Below are positions 19,127 through 28,005 of a stretch of 64,000 nucleotides of DNA, piece after piece; within the stretch, counting starts at the first letter, position 1, and every line of letters starts with the position of its first letter. The position numbers and the translations under genes were made by a program. Origin of the DNA: Acutalibacteraceae bacterium. GTDB taxonomy: Bacteria > Bacillota > Clostridia > Oscillospirales > Acutalibacteraceae. Under the pieces are notes generated by a model. It was not told the origin of the DNA. It made no database searches and was given only the letters and a program-made list of their open reading frames with translations. The stretch lies in assembly GCA_045591225.1 (NCBI GenBank), contig JAZNSL010000056.1:19123-83122 (forward strand), in the 5' to 3' direction.

Positions 19127-20150
19127 TATAAAACAACACGGTAAACATCATCTGGTCCAAACTCAAAAAACCGTTGAATGGCTAGTCACTCATACGGAAG
19201 TAGCGGTATTTGATCCCATTACTTTTCAAGGTTATCAAAGGCAGATAGATGATAAACATTGCGCTAGAATTGTAGATTTCCTGAAAAAAGATGATTTCTT
19301 CCTTCCTACAGCAATTGTTTGTGCGGTCAATGGAGTTTTAAACGAGGATACCGTTTTGCGCATTGTAGATGGACAGCACCGAGTGAAAGCGTTTGAAATG
19401 CTTCGAACTTGTGATACAGATCGTTTTCAACAGATAAAAGATTTCGAAGTACCGGTTATTATTTTAGTTGATGTTGATGAAACAACAGAAATAGATACTT
19501 TTATTACCATTAACAAGACTTCTAAGAAAGTTGATACTTCTCTTGCACTGGTTTTGAGAAATAAAATTAATAAATATTCTGATCCAGAAACCCTTTCTAT
19601 GTCTAAGGCTGAGTATGTAGCAGTGGAACTAGCACAAGAATTATGTTTCAACGAAACACTATCTACTTTGTGGACTAATCGGATCTCATTTGATGGTCCA
19701 CCTAAAAATTCTTATCAGTTAATAAGTCTTAATGCCTTCGTTAAATCAACTCGACAACTACTGAGCAGATTACATCGTAACCAGCTCATTTCGTTGTCGT
19801 GGACAGATAGGAAAGAATTGGATGAATGTCTCAATGCTAGTCGTGATATAATTCTCTTCATTTGGAACACTATCCGTAATAAATGGCCAAAATTATTTGG
19901 CTCATACATTGAGGAACAACGAATCATTCAGGGGGCTATTGGGTATTCGGCGTTTAATCGTGTAATTATGAGTTTAATTGATTCTTATCATATTAATGAT
20001 GTGGATACTCTGCTTAAAAAGTTTGCTTATGCTATTAGTAACATTTCGATTTCTGAGGAGAAATGGCTACCTGGCGGAGAGTTTTCTAAATATTCCTCCG
20101 AATCAGGCTATCGCATTGTTGCTCAGGAATTGATTCGTAGTATGGAGTAG
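19119..20150 (+). CDS. DGQHR-domain protein (DndB/ParB-Srx superfamily)
   Basis: Contains FQGYQRQIDDKHCARIVDF ... LRIVDGQHRVKAFEML. The start overlaps the upstream stop (ATGATTGA). Confidence 0.7.
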   Translation: MIDIKQHGKHHLVQTQKTVEWLVTHTEVAVFDPITFQGYQRQIDDKHCARIVDFLKKDDFFLPTAIVCAVNGVLNEDTVLRIVDGQHRVKAFEMLRTCDTDRFQQIKDFEVPVIILVDVDETTEIDTFITINKTSKKVDTSLALVLRNKINKYSDPETLSMSKAEYVAVELAQELCFNETLSTLWTNRISFDGPPKNSYQLISLNAFVKSTRQLLSRLHRNQLISLSWTDRKELDECLNASRDIILFIWNTIRNKWPKLFGSYIEEQRIIQGAIGYSAFNRVIMSLIDSYHINDVDTLLKKFAYAISNISISEEKWLPGGEFSKYSSESGYRIVAQELIRSME

Positions 20151-20482
20151 TTATTGAATTTCCTCTATGCCTGAATGGTGAAATACAAATATTAATGATA
20201 AGACCGGCAAGGTGTTCCACCCTGCCGGTCTTACTCTACAGACGTATCAATTGACAATCTCTCGACACTACAATCTTACACATACATGTCGGCAAGTTTC
20301 TGTAACTTGTTGGAAACCGCCTAAAAGCAGGAGTTCGTTTCTAAGGCCGTGAAGAAATTTGCTTTTTCACTTATCTGATTGGCTATGAGAGGTTGCCCTT
20401 TTTCCTCGGTTTTGCTAAGACCCTGCTACACCTACACAGCTGGACCTTAGCAATGGTTTTTATGTGCCGAATGCACACGGAC

Positions 20483-21268
20483 TTATGTTTTTGGGGTACT
20501 ATCCCAAATGAGTTTTAGAAAACTGACAGGCATCTTCCCGAAAATTGTTTCATACTTACACTTGAAGAATTGTTCCTTCTTTTCTGTTAACGGGATGTAT
20601 CCTTCTCTGCAAATTGTTTGCAACTGATCTTCTATACGCTGTCTTTCTAATGCGAAGGAATGAAATTCATTCAGTGTATCATATTCGCTTTGTTTCGATA
20701 TAGCTGTGAGCCTATCTAAGTAAACACTTTCTTGTAATGCTGAATACAACGCCTCAATCTCTAAGAGATTATTGCAAACAATAACAAAGTCATCTATCAG
20801 TTTTTCGAGTTGCTGATCATTCACACGGTTAATCGATCGTTTGATTCTGTCAACAGATTTGTTTACCGCAACCCGGTAGGAAACGGTTTCTGATAACAAC
20901 TTATATGCATCTTTTTCTGAGAGCATATCAATGAAAGCATATCGCAAATTACTCGGATGGATTTCGTCAAGACAATTGTCGATTACCTCCTCGACTTCTT
21001 GCCAGGTTTTCTGCGCTAACTGAATGTTCTGTTGATGGCTTATCTGTGATACTGTAATGCCTACTCCGATTGCAAAAGTTGCGGCAGCTACTAATGCACC
21101 TAGCACAGATCCATAGTAGCTCAACACGTCTGAAGCATCCCATTTTGTGTAAATAATCGGATTGTTACAAGAATAGCACCAGTTAATTATAAGAGGGACA
21201 CCGATTACCAGTATCACAACCACAAATAAAGAAGCCATTATGTGTGCAGAAACTTTTTTTCGCTCCAT
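20483..21268 (-). CDS. membrane protein with two N-terminal TM helices and a long helical C-terminal region
   Basis: Start MERKKVSAHIMASLFVVVILVIGVPLII has RBS aggaggtg 7 nt upstream. The second TM is VLGALVAAATFAIGVGITV. Confidence 0.55.
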   Translation of the reverse strand: MERKKVSAHIMASLFVVVILVIGVPLIINWCYSCNNPIIYTKWDASDVLSYYGSVLGALVAAATFAIGVGITVSQISHQQNIQLAQKTWQEVEEVIDNCLDEIHPSNLRYAFIDMLSEKDAYKLLSETVSYRVAVNKSVDRIKRSINRVNDQQLEKLIDDFVIVCNNLLEIEALYSALQESVYLDRLTAISKQSEYDTLNEFHSFALERQRIEDQLQTICREGYIPLTEKKEQFFKCKYETIFGKMPVSFLKLIWDSTPKT

Positions 21269-21293
21269 TGATATACACCTCCTGATGGCATTT

Positions 21294-21944
21294 TTAAGCA
21301 ACATATTTTACCCTCAAAACATTTTTGGAAAACTGAGGCTTATATAATTTGTTCGAGGCAAGTCGGAAGTGAGGTGTTACTGAAAAAATAAAAAAACGAT
21401 TAAGTTTTACTCCTAGTGCACTGTACTTTGTACAAAAACTTATCATACTATGTATAAATGAATCTGCACATGCTTTTTGATTTATGCTTGTATCATTCCA
21501 TTTTTCACATATAGACACCATTTTACTTCCATTCTTGTAATCCTTATGCCGTTTTTCGTTTTCATACATTGCCACAAATCGTCCCTTCGATTCTATAGAG
21601 CCAAAAAGTTCCTTTGGTATACGATTAATGAGATTTTTTAAAAATACATTGATTTGGTTTGTTTTTGCAATCCGATCAGAACTAATTCTCTTGATTAGCG
21701 AAAAAAATAAAATAAGCCTATAGTCTTTGCCTAGTGATTTACTGTGCACACCTTGTTTGTTTAAGTTGCCTTTATTAAAATCGCCTATAAACCATTTTGT
21801 TCCATTGTTCGTCGTTAAACGCGTGCATTTACTTAAAGTGGTTTTTGATGCTTTGCCCACTTCCCCTATGTCAATAATGTACAAACAAAAAATAGATTTT
21901 TCAAGAGATTGATGATTCGATAAATCGGAAATAAAGCTACACAT
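21294..21944 (-). CDS. hypothetical protein (upstream partner of the 2-TM protein)
   Basis: 216 aa with RBS aggaaggagg upstream. No confident motif; LYIIDIGEVGKASK..RL gives only a weak GIY-YIG/T5orf172-like impression. Confidence 0.45.
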   Translation of the reverse strand: MCSFISDLSNHQSLEKSIFCLYIIDIGEVGKASKTTLSKCTRLTTNNGTKWFIGDFNKGNLNKQGVHSKSLGKDYRLILFFSLIKRISSDRIAKTNQINVFLKNLINRIPKELFGSIESKGRFVAMYENEKRHKDYKNGSKMVSICEKWNDTSINQKACADSFIHSMISFCTKYSALGVKLNRFFIFSVTPHFRLASNKLYKPQFSKNVLRVKYVA

Positions 21945-22086
21945 TTTCAGCGTTTCCTCCTTCCTAAATATTTAGGGAGATTTCCATATGGAACGGCCAC
22001 CTACGCGGGCTCCTGTTAAGGAGCCCGCGAGGCTGTCGGTTTGCACAACGTGCGATGGAGGTAAGTCCGATGGACCCATTTATGTT

Positions 22087-22272
22087 TTAGTGATCGCTGG
22101 ACCAGAGGGAATCAGCGGCTTCATTCAATAAACACCACTGAAGATAGGCAGTCAATCCGAATCGTTGGATCATGGCTTGTGCTTCAGTTTGTGCCTTCAG
22201 AGAACCGTCGAGGGCGCTTTGGTCGGTGGGCTCAGGCTTACCTTCAATGGGCACATTCCGATAATGTTCCAT
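22087..22272 (-). CDS. small hypothetical protein
   Basis: 61 aa from MEHYRNVPIEGK with RBS AAGAGGTGA 5 nt upstream. The segment is locally richer in GC than its surroundings. Confidence 0.35.
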   Translation of the reverse strand: MEHYRNVPIEGKPEPTDQSALDGSLKAQTEAQAMIQRFGLTAYLQWCLLNEAADSLWSSDH

Positions 22273-22388
22273 AAAGGTCACCTCTTACTATTCAATTGTC
22301 TCAGCGATTATGCTGCCAGTGGGGTTTGCGCATACGGTAATGCCAATCTTGGTTTTCTATTGCTGGTTGGATGTCCTTCACAAAGAGC

Positions 22389-23237
22389 TCATTCTACTAC
22401 TTTTTGTTTAACCTCCTCTGTTAGATTTGACTTCTTTCCGGAAGTCACACGGCACACAAGATTTACAGGGAATTTGAGGCCGTCTCCATTTCCCTCCTCA
22501 ACATTTGTACCTAACGGGGGGATAATAATCTGGTCATCGAAACTAACCCCATCTGATGTGTTTAGAATAGCTACTTTATATGCTAAATTAGGAACAAGTT
22601 TAAGCCTGTCACGAGCTGCGGCGGAGTTTGTAAATAAAAAGTAAACGGTTTGATCGTTCCAGAGTGTAATGGCTTTAGCTAGGCCTTGTACACCCCGTTT
22701 CCATGCTCCTTCAGTATCGTTGTCATCACAGAGCGCCGGAATACAAGCGAGAGTCCAACCGTCCACTGCAGAACAGATTGCAAACAAATTAGGTGTTCTG
22801 TAATCAATGTTAAACTGCTTTCCATAACCCAATGATTCTAGTTGCTCAACAAGCATTGTCAATAACCCTGCTGGTTTTTTAATCGTTATAGCGCATAAAT
22901 CTTTTTCGGAATTTGTTGCTATGCCAACCGGCTCATTACGAAATTTTGCAAGATATTCCACTGCTGCAGCCGGATATCCACATGCCTTTAGCATTTCATC
23001 AATCATTTTGGGGTTGTTTGAGCCAGCAAGTCGATAGATTGAACGAATTGAAGGTGGTGCGACCAAATTGCCATTAAGCAATCTGCTGACAAGGGAACGG
23101 CTTAACTTGGTTTCTTCGCAAAACGCTTGGATACTCTTTGTTCCTAAAACAGATCTACATAGGAGAGCGAGTTTCTTTGAATCAAATCTAACTGCATTAG
23201 TCGCCTCGATGGAGGCATTAATATCATCGCTGTTCAT
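22389..23237 (-). CDS. HTH-domain protein with uncharacterised C-terminal domain
   Basis: Start MNSDDINASIE has RBS GAGGAG. The HTH-like segment is IQAFCEETKLSRSLVSRLLNGN. Confidence 0.5.
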   Translation of the reverse strand: MNSDDINASIEATNAVRFDSKKLALLCRSVLGTKSIQAFCEETKLSRSLVSRLLNGNLVAPPSIRSIYRLAGSNNPKMIDEMLKACGYPAAAVEYLAKFRNEPVGIATNSEKDLCAITIKKPAGLLTMLVEQLESLGYGKQFNIDYRTPNLFAICSAVDGWTLACIPALCDDNDTEGAWKRGVQGLAKAITLWNDQTVYFLFTNSAAARDRLKLVPNLAYKVAILNTSDGVSFDDQIIIPPLGTNVEEGNGDGLKFPVNLVCRVTSGKKSNLTEEVKQKVVE

Positions 23238-23832
23238 TTTGTACTCCTCATAAATAATAGTGAAATGGTGTATCTGTCTAAAGCAAGTCGCACACGAAAA
23301 GTACATATAAATGTACATTGCCAACTAGTGTGCATGCTTCTTGTATATATAATAATACAAAAAATGGTTGCTGTCAATAGAAAAATCATAGAATCTCCTT
23401 AAAAATGCACAAAAATGCACACAAATACTTATTTTGCTTTATGGCCGTTTTAGAAGGGCATTCTATAGGTCTTATGCATACAGCATAAAAGCAAAATCAT
23501 TATGCTCTGAAATGATTTTTGTTTGCACTATCTCCGTCTCGTTTTAGTAAAAATTCGTAGCGGGAAAATCAAGTTGAAATATTCAATCCGATCTGATAAT
23601 ACGGATGGCAACGTGGCTGGAGAAATTGCATTACAGTAATTTTGTATTTGGCGGCAGAGAGTTGTGTTTCTCTCTGCCGCCTTTTCATGTAGATGGAAAT
23701 CGTAAAATGTGATATAATTATCCAAAGTATACCGCAAAATGAGATTAATTGAATTTCGTGTAATCTTTTGCGTGAGGAAATGATTGGTTGTTTCGTGTAA
23801 CAGGTGAAAGAACTGCGAATGGAGGTGTGTAT

Positions 23833-23958
23833 ATGGATAGTGGCAATAGCAGCTACCGTCGTTTTTTAGACGGCAATGAAGCGGGCTTGATTGAAATCGT
23901 GCGTGATTATGATTATAAAGATGGACTGATTCTGTCAATCAATACCTTTAACACATAA
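23833..23958 (+). pseudogene. truncated 5' fragment of an ICE/transposon-type sigma-70 family gene
   Basis: A good RBS (ggaggtg) precedes MDSGNSSYRRFLDGNEAGLIEIVRDYDYKDGLIL, which then stops after 41 codons. That N-terminal pattern is typical of sigma factors of Tn916-like elements. Confidence 0.4.
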
Positions 23959-24095
23959 GCATTTAGCGAAGGAATAAAACCATTTAGTATTGCCAAAGAT
24001 AGTCTGCCACCAAAAAGAGTTTTACTAAATCGCCACATCTCTGCAAAGATATAGAGCATATTTGATAGGATAGAACGGATTTTTTCATATAACAC
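23913..24095 (-). pseudogene. truncated N-terminal fragment of an ABC exporter permease gene
   Basis: The 60-aa ORF MLYEKIRSILSNMLYIFAEMWRFSKTLFGGRLSLAILNGFIPSLNAYVLKVLID resembles the first TM region of ABC exporters. It ends abruptly and overlaps the sigma fragment. Confidence 0.3.
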
Positions 24096-24349
24096 ACCTC
24101 TCTATAGCCGTCACAGCAGTTGTGCTGTCACGGCTATTTTATCTTGATGGCGAGGTGACATTGATCACGTAACCGATGTTAGTGCCTCACATCGATGTTT
24201 ATAGTATATCGTAAATAATAGCCAATGCAAATACATCAAACGGAGAGTGCATTCCAAGAAAAATCTCCGTTTGGTTGGAAGTTTTAAGAAGGTAATTATG
24301 AAGAAATTGGAAAGATGTGTTTGTTTACTGTGACAAAAATGAAGAAGTG

Positions 24350-24395
24350 TCGTTCAAATAAAAGAGGAGCCTTGCTGCTGGCAGGGCTCCTCTTT
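24350..24395 (-). terminator. terminator of the 24768/24407 gene pair
   Basis: An 11-bp stem aaagaggagcc/ggctcctcttt is followed on the minus strand by ttatttg. Confidence 0.6.
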
Positions 24396-24406
24396 CGGTG
24401 AATAAC

Positions 24407-24751
24407 TTACTCTAGCTCACCATTAAGAAATTTGGCAATAGCTTTATCATCACTAGTGCCAGTTAAGAATTCTTTTCGTATCTCATCAATGGCAGTGCTA
24501 AAGATGGGATACAGACCGTGTATCGGTGAGTTTTCCAAATCATTTACCCACCAAGCAAAGTCGTTCGTCTCACAGAGCAGAGCACACACAGATTTAGGTA
24601 TGTATCTTTTCTCTCTGAGAGCGTGTAATGTGGTATAGGTCTCCAGTAAGAGCAAACGGACTTTTTCAATCGGCACTTTACGCAATTCAATGACTTCCCA
24701 AGTCATAGAGTGCCAATCTTTTGTTAATTTTATTATGGATCGTATTTTCAT
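24407..24751 (-). CDS. small cytoplasmic protein, possible orphan immunity protein
   Basis: 114 aa, no signal peptide or TM. Paired with a second small gene and has no adjacent toxin gene. Confidence 0.4.
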   Translation of the reverse strand: MKIRSIIKLTKDWHSMTWEVIELRKVPIEKVRLLLLETYTTLHALREKRYIPKSVCALLCETNDFAWWVNDLENSPIHGLYPIFSTAIDEIRKEFLTGTSDDKAIAKFLNGELE

Positions 24752-24767
24752 AGGCCCGCTCCTTAAT

Positions 24768-25124
24768 TTAGAACCAATTGTCGTTATAGATGTCTACGTT
24801 GGCATAATAGTTTTCTATAATCTCGGCAATGGTGAATTTCCTTTTAATCAGAACGACGGCTGAGAGCAAACTCATGTGGTCGTCCGTGTACGCAATGAGA
24901 TTGTCAGTCAGTTGTTGCTTAAAGGTTTTATCGTCGGTGCAACGAAAAGGGTTTTTGTCAAAGGCTCTTAAAAACTGATCAAACCTATCACAGGTTGTTA
25001 GATTATGGTGATAGTGATTAATCTTGTAGTAGAACATAAATAAATCGTGGAGTTCTTCGGTGTTGAGGGATTCAATTTCCTGAATCAAGACATCGGTAGA
25101 TTTTTCTTTGTTTTGCATAGTCAT
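24768..25124 (-). CDS. small cytoplasmic protein, possible orphan immunity protein
   Basis: 118 aa, no signal peptide or TM, 16 nt upstream of 24407..24751. Confidence 0.4.
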   Translation of the reverse strand: MTMQNKEKSTDVLIQEIESLNTEELHDLFMFYYKINHYHHNLTTCDRFDQFLRAFDKNPFRCTDDKTFKQQLTDNLIAYTDDHMSLLSAVVLIKRKFTIAEIIENYYANVDIYNDNWF

Positions 25125-25189
25125 TCTCGCTTTCTGTAAATATTGTTGTGGAGCAGCAACAGCGCGCTATTGTTGCCACTCGTATAATT

Positions 25190-25648
25190 TAGCGAATATA
25201 ATAGCCCGCCGAACAAATTCGGCGGGCTTTATTGCTGTAAACGAAAACCACGCGATAGTCGCGTGGTTGGATAAAGCTTTAGCGATGAAAAATCTCGCCG
25301 CAGCGATAAGACCCCCTTGTGTAAAGGGGGCTGTCTCCGCATAAGCGGAGACTGGGGGATTGTCCGCGCTCCGCGACCACCTCATCCGTCACGGCTAACG
25401 CCGCGACACCTTCCCCTCGAGGGGAAGGGGGACCGCCGAACGGCGGTGGATGAGGTGTTTTAAAAACAATCCCTCCGACCTCCTCAGCTGGGGAGGCTTT
25501 ATAGGCGCTACCCTTAACCCATTTATGGGTGGCTAGTAATCCATGCACGGCTGGCAGGCCAATAAAAAGCGCACTTGTGCGCAGCCAGTAGTATTAGGGC
25601 TATGCCCGAAAATGAAATACCCCCCGCTATGCGGGGGGATATTTATTT
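25190..25648. repeat. GC-rich hairpin-array repeat, copy B (inside island)
   Basis: Has 10 or more short hairpins, including agcccgccgaacaaattcggcgggct, aaccacgcgatagtcgcgtggtt, cccccttgtgtaaaggggg, gtctccgcataagcggagac, ccttcccctcgaggggaagg, gaccgccgaacggcggt, gcgcacttgtgcgc and ccccccgctatgcgggggg. It shares 24-nt and 15-nt identical blocks with copy C. Confidence 0.75.
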
Positions 25649-25816
25649 TTAAAAGAGTTGTGTGCAGGTATCGATGGTGTGATACTGCCCTGCGCACATC
25701 TGCTGGAACGTGTAGATGGCACACTGTTTAGTGTCAGCCTCAACAATGGCAACACCACGAATACCTCCATTCATTACCTTCGGGATATAAGTAATCTTCC
25801 AAGTCTTGCTAGCCAT
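25649..25816 (-). CDS. small hypothetical protein (55 aa) downstream of the resolvase gene
   Basis: Not in the ORF track (<60 aa). Strong RBS AAGGAGG lies 6 nt before the ATG. It reads MASKTWKITYIPKVMNGGIRGVAIVEADTKQCAIYTFQQMCAGQYHTIDTCTQLF*, and the stop abuts the terminal hairpin of repeat B. Confidence 0.55.
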   Translation of the reverse strand: MASKTWKITYIPKVMNGGIRGVAIVEADTKQCAIYTFQQMCAGQYHTIDTCTQLF

Positions 25817-25832
25817 AAGTACCTCCTTAATA

Positions 25833-26537
25833 TTAAGTCGTTTCCTCTTTTAGTTCTCGTTTATACTTGTAGTACGAATTCCTAGAAATCTTGCAAAGAG
25901 TCATCACCTCCTTATCACTGAGAGTGCCACCAAAATCTACGGAGTGTTTCTGAATAATGCTTTTGCATTGCAAAGATTTTTGAGTCACTAGAGTGGTTCC
26001 TTTAGTGAGACCGATCTGTTTGCCGTTCCTTTTACTCTCTCGCATACCCTGACTGATACGCGTGTGTAAGTCGGTAACTTCTTTCTCGGATTGTTGGAAA
26101 GCGGATTTGATTTGTTCTTCAGCCAATGCCATAAGCAGGTTGTTAATCAGCGTGATGTTCCCCGTGAAGTAATCGTCGATGGCTGTGTTGCCAGTCTCAA
26201 CTGAGATTTCTAGCAGATTGGTTTTTGTGGAATCAAAGATGGAAGTGTTGATGAGTGGCTCGTTAAGAAATATCAAATTGATACCGGCTTCATATAGCAT
26301 TTTATAATCTTTAAATCCCTCTTCAGCATTACGGGACATACGAGACACGCTATCAAACACGATGGTGTCTTCAGGTTCTAATTGCTTGATGAGCTTGTCC
26401 CACTTGGGCCTGCTCTGTGTGGTGCCGGTGTAGAACTCTTTAATCAGTGTGGCTTCAGGATATAACTCAGTGATGTTTGTAACCTGACGAGTAATCCGTT
26501 GATGTTTGGTGCTGACACGACAATAACCATAAATCAT
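25833..26537 (-). CDS. small serine recombinase (resolvase/invertase family)
   Basis: 234 aa. Has MIYGYCRVSTKHQ (catalytic Ser), DSVSRMSRN and a C-terminal HTH. Confidence 0.85.
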   Translation of the reverse strand: MIYGYCRVSTKHQRITRQVTNITELYPEATLIKEFYTGTTQSRPKWDKLIKQLEPEDTIVFDSVSRMSRNAEEGFKDYKMLYEAGINLIFLNEPLINTSIFDSTKTNLLEISVETGNTAIDDYFTGNITLINNLLMALAEEQIKSAFQQSEKEVTDLHTRISQGMRESKRNGKQIGLTKGTTLVTQKSLQCKSIIQKHSVDFGGTLSDKEVMTLCKISRNSYYKYKRELKEETT

Positions 26538-27009
26538 ATTGGGGGCTCCTTTCAGTATTGAAACAACCTATACTCAGATCTGATACGTATATTATGTCGT
26601 GTTTTTGTTGTTTCGGGAGCCCCTTTAATACAACTTTTTCCAACTTATTTTTAATACTATCTATACCTTATTTATAGAACGAAAAGTACCCACAGCCCGT
26701 TGTCGATGGTTGTGGGTACTTTTTTATCTTTTTTTGAATTTTTTTAGAAGAAATGCTAAAATTTGAAATTTTTTACCGTATAGTACAATATAAAAATTTT
26801 TTAATTAAATTTTTTGGGTTTTGTTATACCCATTTGAGGGGGGATTGTATGATTGTTTATTAGCCCGAGAGGGCGTCGACTCAACCGCACCTTGAAAATT
26901 GAATACTGACACTTTGTACCACTCGTCTTTCCCCTTTTATTTTCACCATTTGAACGATATACCTTAATTTCTTTAATAATCACTAACTATAAAAAGCGAG
27001 GTAAAAAAC

Positions 27010-27399
27010 ATGAACACTAAAAATTACATTTCGACTCGTTCTCTCTCTTATTACATCCTGGGCGATGCGTATATGTTTTATGTACACGATAATCGTTATG
27101 ATCGACTCTGTATAGCGGATGAGGAAACGATCAATACGTACTCCTCAATCATTACTGAGATTATCAACGACGGAACGTATAGTCAAAATGATGGCAAATG
27201 GGCCGCGTACACGCGAGTGATTGGCGTCGTCGTTGATAAACACAAAGCGACTAGTCGTAACGACATTGATACTATCACGGTGATGTTTAAGACCGACCGA
27301 GAAGATTATGTACTCAAAAAGTACGCAGTTAAGTCGAACCAAGTCGTTGTAAAGAAGAAAAGAGACGTTCCGCCCTCCGCTGTGCTCCGCACAGTGTGA
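27010..27399 (+). CDS. hypothetical phage-like protein
   Basis: 129-aa ORF heading a same-strand gene series. No motif recognised. Confidence 0.45.
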   Translation: MNTKNYISTRSLSYYILGDAYMFYVHDNRYDRLCIADEETINTYSSIITEIINDGTYSQNDGKWAAYTRVIGVVVDKHKATSRNDIDTITVMFKTDREDYVLKKYAVKSNQVVVKKKRDVPPSAVLRTV

Positions 27400-27447
27400 G
27401 GCGGGATAACACAAAACACTATATTTTAAGAAAGGATGACAGTTATT

Positions 27448-27915
27448 ATGAATTGGAATTTTAACCCCAGCGAATACACAGCGAGAGATTTTGCACTTAT
27501 CCCCGAGGGGGATCACAAGGTACGTATTAATAGTGTGGTCGAGAAGGTCTTTAGCACCGGCAACGAGGGCTTTGAGATTATGTTGGATGTTTCCGGTTTC
27601 AACAGCAAACTCTGGTATTACCTGGTTTTGGACCCTAAAGAGAGCGCTAAAACGAATCAGCGTCTTGGTATGTTCTTTGATTCGTTTGACATCCATGATT
27701 ACAATCTGTCTCGCTATAACGATTGGATTGGCAAGGATGGTGCTGTACGCGTAAAACATAGCCTATACAACGGCAATATGTCGGCTAACGTGATTTTCTG
27801 TCTCAGCCGTAAGCAGCAGGACAAGTTTTACGTACAGAAAACGGAGCCTTATGCTGTACAGACGCAGAAAACTAATGTGCGTCCTCAGTGGAACTTCGAT
27901 GGGCTGAGCTTTTGA
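27448..27915 (+). CDS. DUF669-like phage protein
   Basis: MNWNFNPSEYTARDFALIPEGDHKVRINSV..GNEGFEIMLDV matches the general N-terminal pattern of DUF669 phage proteins. This is recognition by eye only. Confidence 0.4.
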   Translation: MNWNFNPSEYTARDFALIPEGDHKVRINSVVEKVFSTGNEGFEIMLDVSGFNSKLWYYLVLDPKESAKTNQRLGMFFDSFDIHDYNLSRYNDWIGKDGAVRVKHSLYNGNMSANVIFCLSRKQQDKFYVQKTEPYAVQTQKTNVRPQWNFDGLSF

Positions 27916-28005
27916 TTTATACAAACTCGGGGCTATGGTCACGATGCTGTAGTCCCGAGAAATTACTAAAATGATTCAAATACAACAACAAAGGAGAACT
28001 TTATT

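Noticed and set aside
21950-22090. GC-richer stretch with hairpin cgcgggctcc-ttaaca-ggagcccgcg, considered as a group II intron domain V/VI, retron ncRNA or other structured RNA
   Set aside because: It has no 34-nt domain V with GNRA loop and 2-nt bulge. There is no reverse transcriptase gene nearby and no flanking inverted repeats of retron type. It is most simply an intergenic hairpin between two minus-strand genes.
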